The translations under genes were made by a program, and so were the position numbers. A stretch of DNA of 64,000 bases from assembly GCA_036867785.1 (NCBI GenBank), contig CP145410.1:1240001-1304000 (forward strand), in the 5' to 3' direction. This stretch comes from Plasmodiophora brassicae (taxonomy: Eukaryota). Position 1 is the stretch's first letter. Each line of letters opens with the position of its first letter. The notes under the pieces are model-generated. The model did not search any database. It saw only the letters and a list, made by a program, of their open reading frames with translations, and had not been told where the DNA came from. Below, piece by piece: positions 11,386 through 23,573 of this stretch.

Positions 11386-13593
11386 ATGGACGTCCGATTT
11401 ACGGTACGCTTCCTGCTTGCCAATGGCGAGCAGTCCGTGCAATTGTGCCGAGGGTCGGCCACGATCGTCTCCCTGAAACGCCTCCTGATCCGAAAGAAAC
11501 CTCATTGCTTCCCGGAGAACACCGTCGAGCAAGACATCGCTATGCGTCTCGCCAATGCAAGGCTGGTCCGTTGCCGAGTCGTTCCGTCTGCATGGTGAAC
11601 CGTTGACATGGATTCAGTTCGTTCTGAGCGACGATGACTCGTTGCTGTCGGTGTTATCCCGCTGGCCGTTGTTCAGAGAGTCGGACGATGCGGACGTGAC
11701 CCCCGACATTGTCGTATTCCCCACGGCCGATGTCAATGACCAGCTCAAGGTTCAGGTTCGTACCGGGCTCCGCTCGCATCTTGAAACAGAAATCGGGCTA
11801 ACCATAGGAACGAACAGGAACGCAAGCTGAGTGCCGGCGACCCTATCGTTGTCGCGGGGCCGCTTCAGAGACGGCGTAAGAATTCAACCAAGTTCAAGAA
11901 GCAGTACTGCGTTATCCAAAGGTCGCTTACGGTGTCGTTTCTTCTAAAGGATAACACCCAGGACTGATTCGGTGTGCCTGCCAGTTTTACGTTGTTCTCG
12001 TTCGCCTCCGAGTCTGACTACAGACATCACCGCCCAGCTGTTCAGGCGTACCCGCTCGGGTCGTGTCAGTTCGCTGATGTCCCTGGGATTCCGTTTGCGT
12101 TCCAGATTGTCGTCGAGATGTTGTGCCCTGGAAAGAGTCTCGTGCTCAAGGCCGACGACTCCGCCGAATACCGAATGTGGATGAACGCACTGGAGCTGAT
12201 CACGTACAGGTACGCCAAGTGCACGCTGTCGCGCCTAACCGACCAGCTCGAGAGCGAGTTCGGGCTGGAAACCGAGGGCATCTTCCGGATTGCCAGCTCA
12301 GCGCCCGCAACTCGAGTGCTTCGTCTTGGATGCGAACGAGGTGTATCTCCTACGGATGCCCATGTCGATGAGGTTAGGACAGTGCTCTTACCTCTTCGTC
12401 CGTCCCCCTAAATGCTGCTGTGCCTCGTGTAGCATGCCATTTGCGGTCTGATCAAGTCAGTCCTGAGGCAGTTGAACCCGCCGTTGTTCACGTTCAAGTT
12501 CTACGAAGACTTCACTCGCATCGCGACGCAGACGTCGATGGGTCCGACCCAGATGTGCGAACGCTTGAGCCTTCTGTTCGGCGAATTGCCGCTGCACGTC
12601 ATCGGCCTGTGCGAGTTCCTGATTGCGTTCCTCGGCCGTGTCAGCGGCCACTCGATGCGGAACAAGATGACGCCGTACAACCTGGGCGTCGTCTTCGGCC
12701 CGAACCTGTTGCGCCCTCGCAGCGACAACGCCAGCGAATCCTTGCGTGGATCCAGCATCCCTGACCTGGTTGCCTTCATCATCGAGCATCGCGATAGGAT
12801 CTTCCCGTCGCGTTCGTTCGCCGACTTCCTTGTCCACAAAGTCAACGATGTGGTCGTACCAGTACTACCACCTCCAAAGGCCCCATGCGACCCGGCACCG
12901 CCATGCCGACCTACGCCACCAGCTCAAGTCGACGATTCCGTGCCTGGCGGGGCAAGCCCTGGGGCGCTGGAAGTCCCACCGCAGGCGCCAGAGGAACGCA
13001 CCGAAGATGAAGAGCAACTGCCTCCTCCGTTGCCTACCGACGACGAGGCCGAGTCGGTATCGGATGTGGTCCCTCTTCGCAGACCGACGATCTGTGTGTC
13101 TGATGGCGCCGAGACGACTGAGTTTGACACCGACGTCGAGGAGACGGCTGAGGAAGAGTGCCTGGACGCAGTGGAGACCGGATCCGTATCATCTCTGTCA
13201 CCGTCCCCGGATATGCCTTCTCCGATGCACAATCACGCCTCGGAGGCGCAGCCGCCTGTTGACGACAACGAACTGGGAGACATGTTCTCCATGGAACGAT
13301 TGTGCAAGGAAATGCAAGGCATCAGTGCGGACTGGGATGAGGTATGCTACATGGCGTTTCCATTGGTTCGTTAACGGCTGACGATGGCTTTGCTGCAGCA
13401 CCTTGCCGAGCTCGCCAAGTCGGTAGCAGAGACGATGGCGCGCGTGCAAACGACCGGGCCGGTCGATCCGATGGTGCTGGCCCACCTGACCCGGTGCATC
13501 GAAGTCGAGCGCGAATGGCGGGCGAAGGCCGAACAGAACGGCGCTCTCATGCTGCGCCTACTGGCACGTGTCGAACAGGACGAGAACATCTAA
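11386..13593 (+). CDS. RhoGAP with N-terminal ubiquitin-like and PH domains and an acidic Pro-rich tail
   Basis: UBL-like MDVRFTVRFLLANGE..TIVSLKRLLI; PH domain AGPLQRRRKNSTKFKKQYCVI..LVLKADDSAEYRMWMNALE; RhoGAP GLETEGIFRI (arginine finger) and NKMTPYNLGVVFGPNLLRP. The last exon (about 13399-13593) is inferred. Confidence 0.82.
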
Positions 13594-13689
13594 ATGAATC
13601 ATCCGCAATGTGCAATGCGTGTCTCAGTACGTACTCGTCGTGCACTGTGACGGTCCCGATACGGTTAGCGGGTCAGACCACGACCGGCC

Positions 13690-16600
13690 ATGGCGGATAG
13701 CCCGCTGCTGTTGGACGACGCTGACGGCGACGCATCGTACTGGGCGAATGTCGAACTTACAGAGCGGGTGGCGAACGCTGACGAGCACAGCGCCGACCGT
13801 GCGTTATCCGACCAGAGCATCATCAGAAGGCATGAGCGACCCGGGGGCATACTCTCCCTGTACCGGCCACTCAAAGAAATCGCTGCGATGCGCGACAAGA
13901 TGAAAGTCAAAGATGACATCGAACGCGCCGAGCTTGACCTACTCCAGCAGCAGAGCGCACTCGCTGACCTGAACAAACGCATCGTTGCTGATAGAGACGA
14001 CGTTCGACGGCGACAGGGTCGGGTCGACGAACTCGAGGACGAGCTTGCCGGCGTCGACACCATCGCCGATTTGATTCAGCGCCAGACGAAACGCTACGAT
14101 CTCCAGAAGAGGCTGCAGACCGAGCAAGGTTACCTAAACATCAAAGCCAGTCAGCTGGCCCGCGAGGAAGCCGAACTGAACCGGCTGGAAACCGAGTACA
14201 CCGTCAAGAGCGTGGCGCACAGCCGATTGAACGACGCCAAGGGAGACCTCTTGCACGATCAGGCGGAGCTCGCCCATGAGCGGAGCCTCGTCTCTGCAAA
14301 GATGGTTGCAAAGCAACGCGACAAGGCACTGGCGGCCGCATCCGCACTACTCAACTCGGCTTCATCCGACCAGCCGAAGCTGATACAACCGACGGACGCA
14401 TCTTCACCCAAGGGCCCACTGTCTGGCCGGAAAGTCGTCGGCAAGGCCATCATCGCTGAAGCTCGCCAGGTCATCGATCGAGAACGTCGCGCCCGTGAAG
14501 AAGCGTTTGCGTTGAAGGTGCTTGCGCTAAAAGACACGCTGGAACAATCGGGCAAGAAGATACGCGTCGTGGCAGCCGCGAAAGCGAAACGCCTCGATCG
14601 CGAGCGCCAGGCGATCGCCAAGACGGGTGCGGATCCCGATGCCGTCCTTCGCCTGCGCATGCAACGCCAGGCGACCGAGAAGCGCCGTGCCAACCACGAC
14701 GCCGACATGAAGCGCCGCGAGATGGAGATCATCGCGCGCGTCACCCGCGAACATCGACAGGACATGAAGGCGGAGGCGGAACGCCACGCACGCCAGGTCA
14801 GGACGATACCGACTGGACAGATTAGGGCGGCGCTCATATATGCGGACTGATGTCTAGGTGGCAGCTCGGGCGGCACGAGCCATCACCGACCCGCAGGTTG
14901 CCGATGAGCGCCAGCGCCGGTACCTGCGGAAGATCACAGGAGGGGCGGCGCTGGACCCAACCGGTGCTGCCACCGAGTTGTACCCGTCGACGGTCGCGTT
15001 GGTGAAACCTCCCAGCTTCGGGACCGGTCGGGCTCCACAACACATCGTCGACACGGTCGCCGCTCGGCATCCTGACGTGGCCGGCACGACACCCGGCGAC
15101 AACAGGACGCGGGCGACGTTGCCGCGCCCATCAGCGAAAGAGATCGCACAGATCGAAGGGGCGGTTCGGCGGCGGTCAGAAGCGATCGCTCGAGGTGAAG
15201 ACCGTCCCGTCTGCGGGAAGCGCTATCCGGGCCAGAAGTACTTTCTGTCGCAGCCCGCCGTCGTCACGTTCAAGGATTTCGCTGTGGGCGACGACATCGA
15301 TCCTGTCCACGTGGCCATCACGAACGTATCGTTCCGGGACAATTCGTTCCGCCTCGTCGGCATCGCCGATGAGCCCTTGGCGGATCTGTTCGCCATCACC
15401 TACGAGCGCCCTGGGCGAATGGCCGCTGGCATAACTGTCAACGTGACAGTGGCGTTCACGCCGACGTCCAACGTCGACATTGACACGTCGATTGAGTTCC
15501 TGGCCGAGTCGGGCCCGTTCTCGGTGCCGTTACGCGCGCTGACGAAGAAGACGGTCATCGAATGCGATACGGCCCCAATTGGTTTCGGGTTCGTCACCAG
15601 CGGCCAGACCGCCGAACGCGCGCTGCGTATCGTGAACCATGGTGCACTTCCGGGCACGTTCAACTGCAACCTGTCGCCAGGAACGCCATTCAGCATGGCC
15701 GAAAGCAAGGGCGTGGTTGGCGCGTACGCCGAGACGGCCGTTACGATACGGTACGGCCCTGTCGATGTCGTTGACGCCCAGGGCATGATCCAGATGGAGT
15801 TTGATAACGCGGGTGGGTGCTGGGGATCTTCGAAATCGTTTTCGGTGACGTTGCTGGGGCAATGCACACCGGAGCCGGTCTATGTCGACACCGACCGAAT
15901 CGATATGCAGTGCTGCATATCGGGACGTGCGTACAGGCAGGTCCTGCCCGTGCACAACCGGTCGTCAGCGATGGTGAAGGTGATGTGCCGTGTTCCCGCT
16001 TGTTCCCGGCCCATGCTTCAGGTGCGTCCCACCACGTTGTTCCTGGATGGGCAAGCCACCCTGTCTGTACAAGTGGAGTGCGTTGTCGAGCAGGGGACCG
16101 GCGGCGAATTCACGCTCGGGTTCGACCTTGTCACCGAGCAGCAGGGTCCGATCCCGATAAGTGTCATCGGGCGCGTGACGACTTCGGGTCTGTCGTTTTC
16201 GACCAAGACGATCCAGTTTGGCGACAGGTTCTTGCATCAGACCACGTCGTTACCGTTGACGATTTCGAATCCGTCACGGCTCCCGCAACGGGTTGGCATC
16301 CGTACGACTCCACGATCCGAGTCGGAGGAGGTCTTCGTGGTGGACCCACCACTGCTCCACATCCTTCCCGGGCGGAGCGCGGTCGTTCAGGCCTTGTTTA
16401 CTCCTAACGATACCGACTCGTTCGCAGGATCGTTGCAAATCCACACGAACCTCGGCCGGCATTTCGCGATTCGCCTGGAGGGGGTCGGCGTTGAAGCGCC
16501 CGTTCGTTTGTCTCGTTCAGTGGTCGAGATGGCCGCGTATCCGAACGTGCCCTGTGTCCAGCGCATCGTTGTCGAGAGTGCATCCCATCGCCCTTGCCGG

Positions 16601-18030
16601 TACGAATTCGTTATGCCTGATGCTGTGAACGCCCTGGCAATATCTCCTGTCGTCGGCGAGCTCGCGCCAGGGCAGGCCATGTCTGTGGACCTGGAGTTCA
16701 CACCGGCCGATGGTGAAGGTGGCCTGCCACGCCGGTACCTGGTCCCGCTCTGGGTCAAACAGGCCTGCCTCGGTGCGCCTCCATCTCCTGTTGTCCTTCA
16801 TCTGGAGGTAAGCACATTTGACACATGTTTGCCTGTAACATCGTCAACGCCCATTGGTTCACACAGATCCGAACAAGGACCGTTCGCCCGCAGCTGTCAT
16901 GCGACCATCTGCTCCTCGATTTCGGCCAGGTGGCCGTTGGTGCCACCAAAGTGCTCCATGCCGTGCTGAGGTACGAAGTGGTGCCATCCACCCGATGCTG
17001 GGCATGACGCCAATTAACGAACGCGTCCACGTCCAGGAATATCGCCGAACCTGGAGCCCCTGTCGATATCAAGGTGGCCGAGCGGCCGCTATCGAGCCCG
17101 TTCTCCCTCACGGGGATTGTTCCCGATCAAGTGGGCATCGGTCAGACGCTTAGTCTTGCAATTCAGTTCCGACCCGGCAGTCAGAGGTCATACGACGACG
17201 TCGTCAGGATCAGCGACCAACTCGAGATCCGGATGAAAGGCCATGGTGCCCGGTTGTCTTTAAGCGTGGCTCCCGACACAGACATGATCGACCTTGGCGA
17301 CGTCGTTGCCGGAGACTCGAGATCGACCCCGATGCATCTCGTCAACGAGTCACCGTTCCCGCTACAGTTCACCATGGATGTCATTGACGAAATCGAGCGC
17401 AACGACGATGGGTCGGCGTCCCTGGTCGTTGAGTACGGCCCTCGGGATCTGTCACCAGAGCAGGCATTGGACGTGAACTGCTGCTTCCGAGCTGATCACG
17501 AATCGCGAGCCTATCGTAGTCGCGTGCGCCTCAAGGTCCTGAACCAGCCTGACGAGCGTCCTCCGATCACGTTCAGGGCGCGAAGCTGGACCCGCCAGCT
17601 GTTCGTCCTTGTTCATGGTGCAGAACCACAACCCGTCGCTTTAGCGGAAAGGATTTCACCCGCCGCGTCTCAGGCAACGCTGTCAGTATCGATGAAGACA
17701 AGCGCGCGTGTAATTGTCGGATCGTGCCCGATCAGCTTATCGACCATCAAACCCGCGCCTGGCACATTCGAATTCATCCTGTCTGAAACGACCCGCAAAC
17801 GGTCCTGCCTGCGAGTGACGCCACCGTCCGGCAAGCTGTCGGCGACCGGCGAGCTCATCAACGTCGATATCGCGTTCGACCTCGACAAGTGGCACCTGCT
17901 GGACACGATCGGCATGATCACCGAGCTCGAGGAAACCCTGTCCTGCAAGCTCAGCGGCGGATACGTCCCCGACGGCCAACCACCCGCCACCGAAATCAAA
18001 ATCGTCTGCAGAATACACCTCCAGGACTGA
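13690..18030 (+). CDS. CFAP74: Cilia- and flagella-associated protein 74 (coiled coil + ASH/Ig-like repeats)
   Basis: Long N-terminal coiled coil, then FLSQPAVVTFKDFAVG..ITNVSF..PGRMAAG..VAFTP..IEFLAESGPFSVPLRALTKK typical of CFAP74, and repeated ASH motifs (IQFGD..LTISNPS). C-terminus CKLSGG. Confidence 0.85.
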
Positions 18031-18371
18031 ACGTTCCGTTCCTACAACTCGAAATGACTGGCAAGGGTGGACGTGGACGCCAGTGGGCCGCACGTTCTCG
18101 ACACCGACAATTCACACCGTCGCATCGATAGGGTACGTTGCTGGGGAGGGTTTCTGTGATACCGATCACCCTCGCCTGACGAGCCATTCGCTCATTGGCC
18201 ATTGCCCATTGCTGCCTATGTACCTGGACTGTGTAAAGACGCCGACAGCCGTCGCGAAATAGGTACGCAAAATTGCCGCCGCTTCCCGTCGTGTTTGACG
18301 TTCGGCACGACGATCGGGGTCCGCGACTGCATCCGGTATTGCCGCGATGTGCGTCAGGGACACGTTCTAGA

Positions 18372-19264
18372 ATGTCGTCAATGGCTTTTCGCCGGCTGGC
18401 CGCGATGTCGTGGGCGTCGCGATGGGTCGACATGGCGCGTCGAACGGCCCAGAAGGCGGTGCAGTCGCCGGTGGCGACGCGGGCCGTGACGTTGTACGGG
18501 GACGTGAGCGGGACGGCGAGGGCGTCGGCGGCGAAGGCGCTGATCGAGCAGTCAAGGAGCGAGCTGATCGCTGCGCGCCGTACAGTGGAGAATGCGGAGG
18601 CAGAGACGGAGTCTGTGCGACAACAGCTAGCTGCCGTTCGTGAAACCCTGGAGGGTGTGGCGCGGACCGACAGCATGTACCCGAAACTTGTCCAACAAGA
18701 ACACGTGCTTCTGCGTCAAGAACAGCAGTGCTTGTCTAACGTGTATACGGCTCAGACGAGGGAAAGGTCAGTTGTCGCCGTGCCTTTCGTAACGTTGGTC
18801 GATGATCGCAAAGCTGACGTGGCTGTCGGTCGCAGGGAGCAGTTTGAGAAAATGTGCTCATCTCTGGAGCACGCCTCTACAATCGATGCTGATCGGAGCA
18901 AGGTCAGTATGCTGTCCTTTTCTTGACGGACAGGTCTGACGTTGCACTGCAGTGGTTCAGCATTGTGGCAACGATCATTGGGACGTTGCTGGGAGCGGCC
19001 GGTTCGTCCATAGCGGCATCTTCTAGGCAAGCCGCCATTCACGCTCGCCTTGAAGCAATCGAACGTGCTGTCAGGGACGTCGCTGTCGTGACTTCAGACG
19101 ATCCTGTTACGGCACTGCAGACGGCAATCGCCGTCGACGAGAAGGAAGCACATGCGGATCGGGGCGAAGACGATACCACCCAACGATTGCTGGCGTTCAC
19201 AGCCATTGCTGCAGCCGCATCACTCAGCACACTCGTTGTCGCCCTGTTCAGAGGATCATCCTAG
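18372..19264 (+). CDS. CCDC51: CCDC51/MITOK (She9/Mdm33-like) mitochondrial inner-membrane coiled-coil protein
   Basis: Presequence, YGDVSG, LEGVARTDSMYPKLVQQEHVLLRQE, then RSK|WFSIVATIIGTLLGAAGSSI TM and a second C-terminal TM. Two short introns. Confidence 0.72.
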
Positions 19265-19545
19265 ATAGCAGCACTGAAGTTGAAACTGGAGCCTATTATA
19301 CACCAACAATGTACCCGAGCGCGACGCCCAGCAGCATCAGGTTTCTGGATCGCGCCTCACGCTGCAAGCGTTTAACCAACCGGACCGCAGGTCAGCGTCC
19401 TGAATCACGTCCCGTCTTCACTACAAGGCGCAGAACAGGCGTGAAGACTAGGTAGTAGCCGGACCATTCGCGTTCCGTTCTGTGTATTCAGGTCAACAAA
19501 CGCGATCAGCTCGTATATGTAGGTACTGTGTATTACGTGCAAAGC

Positions 19546-22500
19546 TTAAAACAGTTCGAGAACAGCTTCCTCGTCGGCGTCTTCTCGCTCGTCTATCGTA
19601 TCCAGCGGCAGCTCCTTCTCGGCGTCCCGGATGGATTCCTGAAGCGGAGCGAGGAAGGGGACGCGCCATTTAGCCGAATCATCGAGAACGCCTTCGAATA
19701 CATCGGGCAGACGGACAGATTCAGTGGCAAGCCGCCCCAGGTACGCGTCGAACTCGGACTGGATCGCTCGCGCTTCCTCATATCGCTGGAACGTGAGCAA
19801 CGCTTGAAGCAGAGCAGCAACCTGGCCATAACGCGGAGCGAGCAATCGCAACTGTTTCACCAGGAACGCTGGTTCCCGCGGATCGCCTTCCTTCATCTTC
19901 CTTGCCTTGCGACGCTGCTTGGCTGCTGGAGCAGAACCCTGCTTCAGACGCCGCGTGACACTCGAGATGTTGGACCACGGCTTGCTCGCCCAGCTGTCCA
20001 CCGACGAGCACTGCGACGTCAACGTGAACGCAGACAGGTTTGACATTTCGCTCTGTGGCCGCTCATCGAACGCTTCATCGTCGTCGTCTTCGACCCGGTC
20101 CACAGCGGTCTCACGGATGGCGACGAGCCGATTGGCACAGTACTTCAGGCGTTGCGTGTTGCTGGCAAGCTCAGCATGCAGATCGCGAGCGCATCGATCC
20201 ACAGCAGGGCCAACAACTCGTCCGACCAGATCAGCGCGGTTGCGACCTCGTGCGATCAGGATGGCATCCGCCCACAATTCAGCTCGAACGAGAACGGAAA
20301 CGGCGTTGCCCACATCTTGGCAGTACTCAGCGTAGAGATGGCAAGCATTACGAGCAGCAACTTCATCCACGGGTCCAGTCGTCATAGTCACCGCCAGGTC
20401 ACGTGCGAGTCGCGACGTGTCCACGCCAACTCGAAATGCAACTGTCATTGCTTCGCGCCACTGGCCAGCTTCACGATAGGCTTCCATGGCACGATTGTCG
20501 TCACCCGCCGCCTCCCAGGCGGCACCACTTCGGGAGTACTCGGCGTAGGCTGTCAGGAGTGCTGGGTGTTGTGAAGGGAACAGACGGAACGCAACAGGGA
20601 ACAACTCTTCCGGATGGGATTTGATGAGCTCAATGCACAGGTCAACCGATATTGGAGACGCTGTCGCAAGGTGTTCCAGTGCTCTCGCGTGCCGGCCAAG
20701 GCGTAGATCAATGTTATAACGCTGCATATGGGTTGGCATGGCACGAAGGTCGTCGAGAAGGGCGCCATACTCACGAGGGTCTCGTTGGGAAGCGCGACCA
20801 ACCATTTCAACCAGCGCGAAGTCGTAGGTCCCTAAGGCCGCGCTGAAGAGATCCTCGGCACTGGAGATTGTGATAGCGAAACGCATGGCAGTCATCTGGG
20901 CCATTGTACCCAGTGACCCAACCAGACGTAGAGCTTCCTCAAGACGCGGCGGCTGCTGCCGAATCAGGGCACACATATGTGGCTGGACAAGGCGGACGGC
21001 ATCGGGCCGCTTGGCGATAGCTTTGGCAATCAGGTCGCATATGAAGTTGACCTTGCCCGCGCTTCGAGGCGCAGCGACGGATTGCTCGGGAGCGTTGGGA
21101 GTGCCCTGGCCAGGGACCTCCACAGCCAGACTTGCAAGGCCAGCGTGATCGACATCATCGTCGTCAACCACTTGACAAGCCTTAAAGCTCGTGTACACTG
21201 TATCCCGGGTGTTGGTGTCGGACACGCTTCCCAAGAATTCGGTAATGTACAACGGCTCGTTAACGTCGTTGACGAACGCCTCCGGATCGAACGCAACTGG
21301 GTCGGCGTCATAAATGAGATTTAGATCGACACGATGTCGCCTCATTTTCAGCAGGGCCGATCGCCAATCACGCTTGCCGAGCAATTTCCCGACGGTTTGC
21401 ATCAAAAGCGGGATCGGGTGAATGACCTCCAGATTGCCTCGCGGCATCTGCAGGACGACCTTATCGTCGGGCACGTCAGCCACCAGCAAAGCACCGCGCT
21501 CGATAGGACGTTGGGAGACTTCTATGCAAGGACTCGCCAAAAGATCCACAATGTGAAGCACGTTCTGGAGGCCTGATGTTGTAAACAGAAGCCTGGAGCC
21601 GTCATCGGTGACGACCGTCGAGGTGCACTGTTGGGAGATAAGCTCGCCGCTGACAAACAGACGTGACCGACGTGGATCGAATCCTATCAGAAGACGGCGC
21701 CCGCTAATGGAAAATGTTTGGCATGCGGTCGGGAACGCCCCGATGCGTTCATCAGACAGCAGTCGGAAGACGGACCCATCGCTGGATTGGATGGCACCGT
21801 CACGAACGCAAACCACTGGAGACGACGGGACAGAGCAACCGGAAACGTTCCCACATGGGTCCACTATGAGAAGGCCATCATCACCGTCCTCGATAGCTTC
21901 GACGGCAACAAGTCGTCCATCAGCCATCCACGATAAATGTCGCAATCGACGTGGTCCTCCAAGATCGACAGTTCGCGATGGCGACAGCGTGCTGCCCATC
22001 TCGAGTTGGTCGATTGCATCGAAAACAGAAAGGGTCGATCCATCGCACAGAACGCATGCCAATGACGACTCGGACAAAGCAATCGCGCTGATCACGTCCT
22101 GGCACTGTGCACGTGCATATGCCAGAGGCGGTGGCATGGTGCACTTTTGTAACGGATACAGGAGCACGTGGCTGCCATCGATAACGCCGGCAACAGAGCC
22201 GGCGACTGTGACGTCGTTATGAAACGTGACAGTAGTCAAGCCGGATGAGGTGACAAAGACTAGGCGCATGGCATCCTCGGGATCCCATTGGGCGCCGACA
22301 ATAGGCGTTGCCGTCGACAGACGTATCTTGCAGTACCAGTGATAGTTGGACCGGCGCATGACGTCGATGTACGAGCTCGTCACAATAGCAAACAGCGAAG
22401 AATCGACGTTCCAGTCCAGCGACACGAGCGTGCACCCTTCTGGGATGTCGATATCGAACTGACCATGTCGAAGAGCATTCGCTCCTTCAAATAGGCACAT

Positions 22501-23181
22501 CATAGTCTTTGCGCCTGATGAACCTGCATCGTGGAGAACAGGGGCGATGGCAAAATCGCCATTTGGTCGGAAAGAAATTGGCCCAAGTAGCGCATCATGC
22601 GCTTCTCTGTCGCTTCTGGCAATTGCATGACCGTTTCGGTCGTACAGGACAACAAGATTGTGCTTTGTGTCAACAGCAATGAAGGATGTACCGTCTGATC
22701 GCCAGCTCAGGTCGCTCATGACATCGTCTACCGCGATCTCGTGGAGCACATCCCATTGTTGCGTCAGTATCAGCATGGAGGACACCGATCGTCCGCAAAT
22801 GGTTAAGAGCTCATGTCCAGGTGACCAGCGTGCGACTGAAACCCCGCCTGCGATCTGGCCAACGACCTCGACAGCACCTTGATCGCCACCATGAACGTTC
22901 ACAGTAACAATGTCACCGTTATCGGCAACAATGCAGATGGATTCCAGATCTGGAATATAATCCATCGCAACGATGTCCGCCACACCTGCACCGAACGTGC
23001 CCTCCGGGATCGGAAAGCGTCCATATTCACAAACGCCATCGACCAGCGGATATCGCACAAGTGCCGAAACGTCTCGCAATAGCAGAAACGCAGACGACGA
23101 CGGCGAGTCGATGGAGAACACGCCGAAACACTGCTCGCGTAATGAGCGTACGCGCTCAGTCGTCACCTGCACGTTCCGCAT
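19546..23181 (-). CDS. ELP1: Elongator complex subunit 1 (intronless)
   Basis: MRNV start, WSPGHELL, WRSDG, SNYHWYCK, RPIERGALLV, VLQMPRGNLEVIHP, MRRHRVDLNLIYD, ALGTYDF..SQRDPREY, basic RRKARK tail. Confidence 0.95.
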   Translation of the reverse strand: MRNVQVTTERVRSLREQCFGVFSIDSPSSSAFLLLRDVSALVRYPLVDGVCEYGRFPIPEGTFGAGVADIVAMDYIPDLESICIVADNGDIVTVNVHGGDQGAVEVVGQIAGGVSVARWSPGHELLTICGRSVSSMLILTQQWDVLHEIAVDDVMSDLSWRSDGTSFIAVDTKHNLVVLYDRNGHAIARSDREAHDALLGPISFRPNGDFAIAPVLHDAGSSGAKTMMCLFEGANALRHGQFDIDIPEGCTLVSLDWNVDSSLFAIVTSSYIDVMRRSNYHWYCKIRLSTATPIVGAQWDPEDAMRLVFVTSSGLTTVTFHNDVTVAGSVAGVIDGSHVLLYPLQKCTMPPPLAYARAQCQDVISAIALSESSLACVLCDGSTLSVFDAIDQLEMGSTLSPSRTVDLGGPRRLRHLSWMADGRLVAVEAIEDGDDGLLIVDPCGNVSGCSVPSSPVVCVRDGAIQSSDGSVFRLLSDERIGAFPTACQTFSISGRRLLIGFDPRRSRLFVSGELISQQCTSTVVTDDGSRLLFTTSGLQNVLHIVDLLASPCIEVSQRPIERGALLVADVPDDKVVLQMPRGNLEVIHPIPLLMQTVGKLLGKRDWRSALLKMRRHRVDLNLIYDADPVAFDPEAFVNDVNEPLYITEFLGSVSDTNTRDTVYTSFKACQVVDDDDVDHAGLASLAVEVPGQGTPNAPEQSVAAPRSAGKVNFICDLIAKAIAKRPDAVRLVQPHMCALIRQQPPRLEEALRLVGSLGTMAQMTAMRFAITISSAEDLFSAALGTYDFALVEMVGRASQRDPREYGALLDDLRAMPTHMQRYNIDLRLGRHARALEHLATASPISVDLCIELIKSHPEELFPVAFRLFPSQHPALLTAYAEYSRSGAAWEAAGDDNRAMEAYREAGQWREAMTVAFRVGVDTSRLARDLAVTMTTGPVDEVAARNACHLYAEYCQDVGNAVSVLVRAELWADAILIARGRNRADLVGRVVGPAVDRCARDLHAELASNTQRLKYCANRLVAIRETAVDRVEDDDDEAFDERPQSEMSNLSAFTLTSQCSSVDSWASKPWSNISSVTRRLKQGSAPAAKQRRKARKMKEGDPREPAFLVKQLRLLAPRYGQVAALLQALLTFQRYEEARAIQSEFDAYLGRLATESVRLPDVFEGVLDDSAKWRVPFLAPLQESIRDAEKELPLDTIDEREDADEEAVLELF

Positions 23182-23573
23182 TGCACCAGCAGCAGTGCCA
23201 CGGAGTCCGTCGCGGAGTTCACAGACAGCACGTACTGCAATGTCTGCGTCTTTGACTAGTGCCTGAAGTTCCATTATGTTCTATACACACTAATTATTAT
23301 GTGTGAGAATAAATAGTGTGTATCACAGTATTCATGCCAGCACCTATATAGTGTTAATTCGCATTTAGTGTTATACACACTACCGGTTGGGCCTCTAAAA
23401 CCGCTAACACCTAATTAGTTTGAAACAGACTAATCAGACTAATTGCGGTAATCTAGGCCACGAGATCTCGTGGCGTAGTTGGGCGGTCCGGTCTACACTA
23501 TAGAGGGCAGACACGACTATGAGCTGTCCTACTCTGTTTATACGCAGTCATGTCATGAGGAAACGCAACACAG

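Noticed and set aside
23182-23274. Upstream in-frame ATG extending ELP1 to 1242 aa
   Set aside because: Elp1 orthologues typically begin MRN, so 23181 is preferred.
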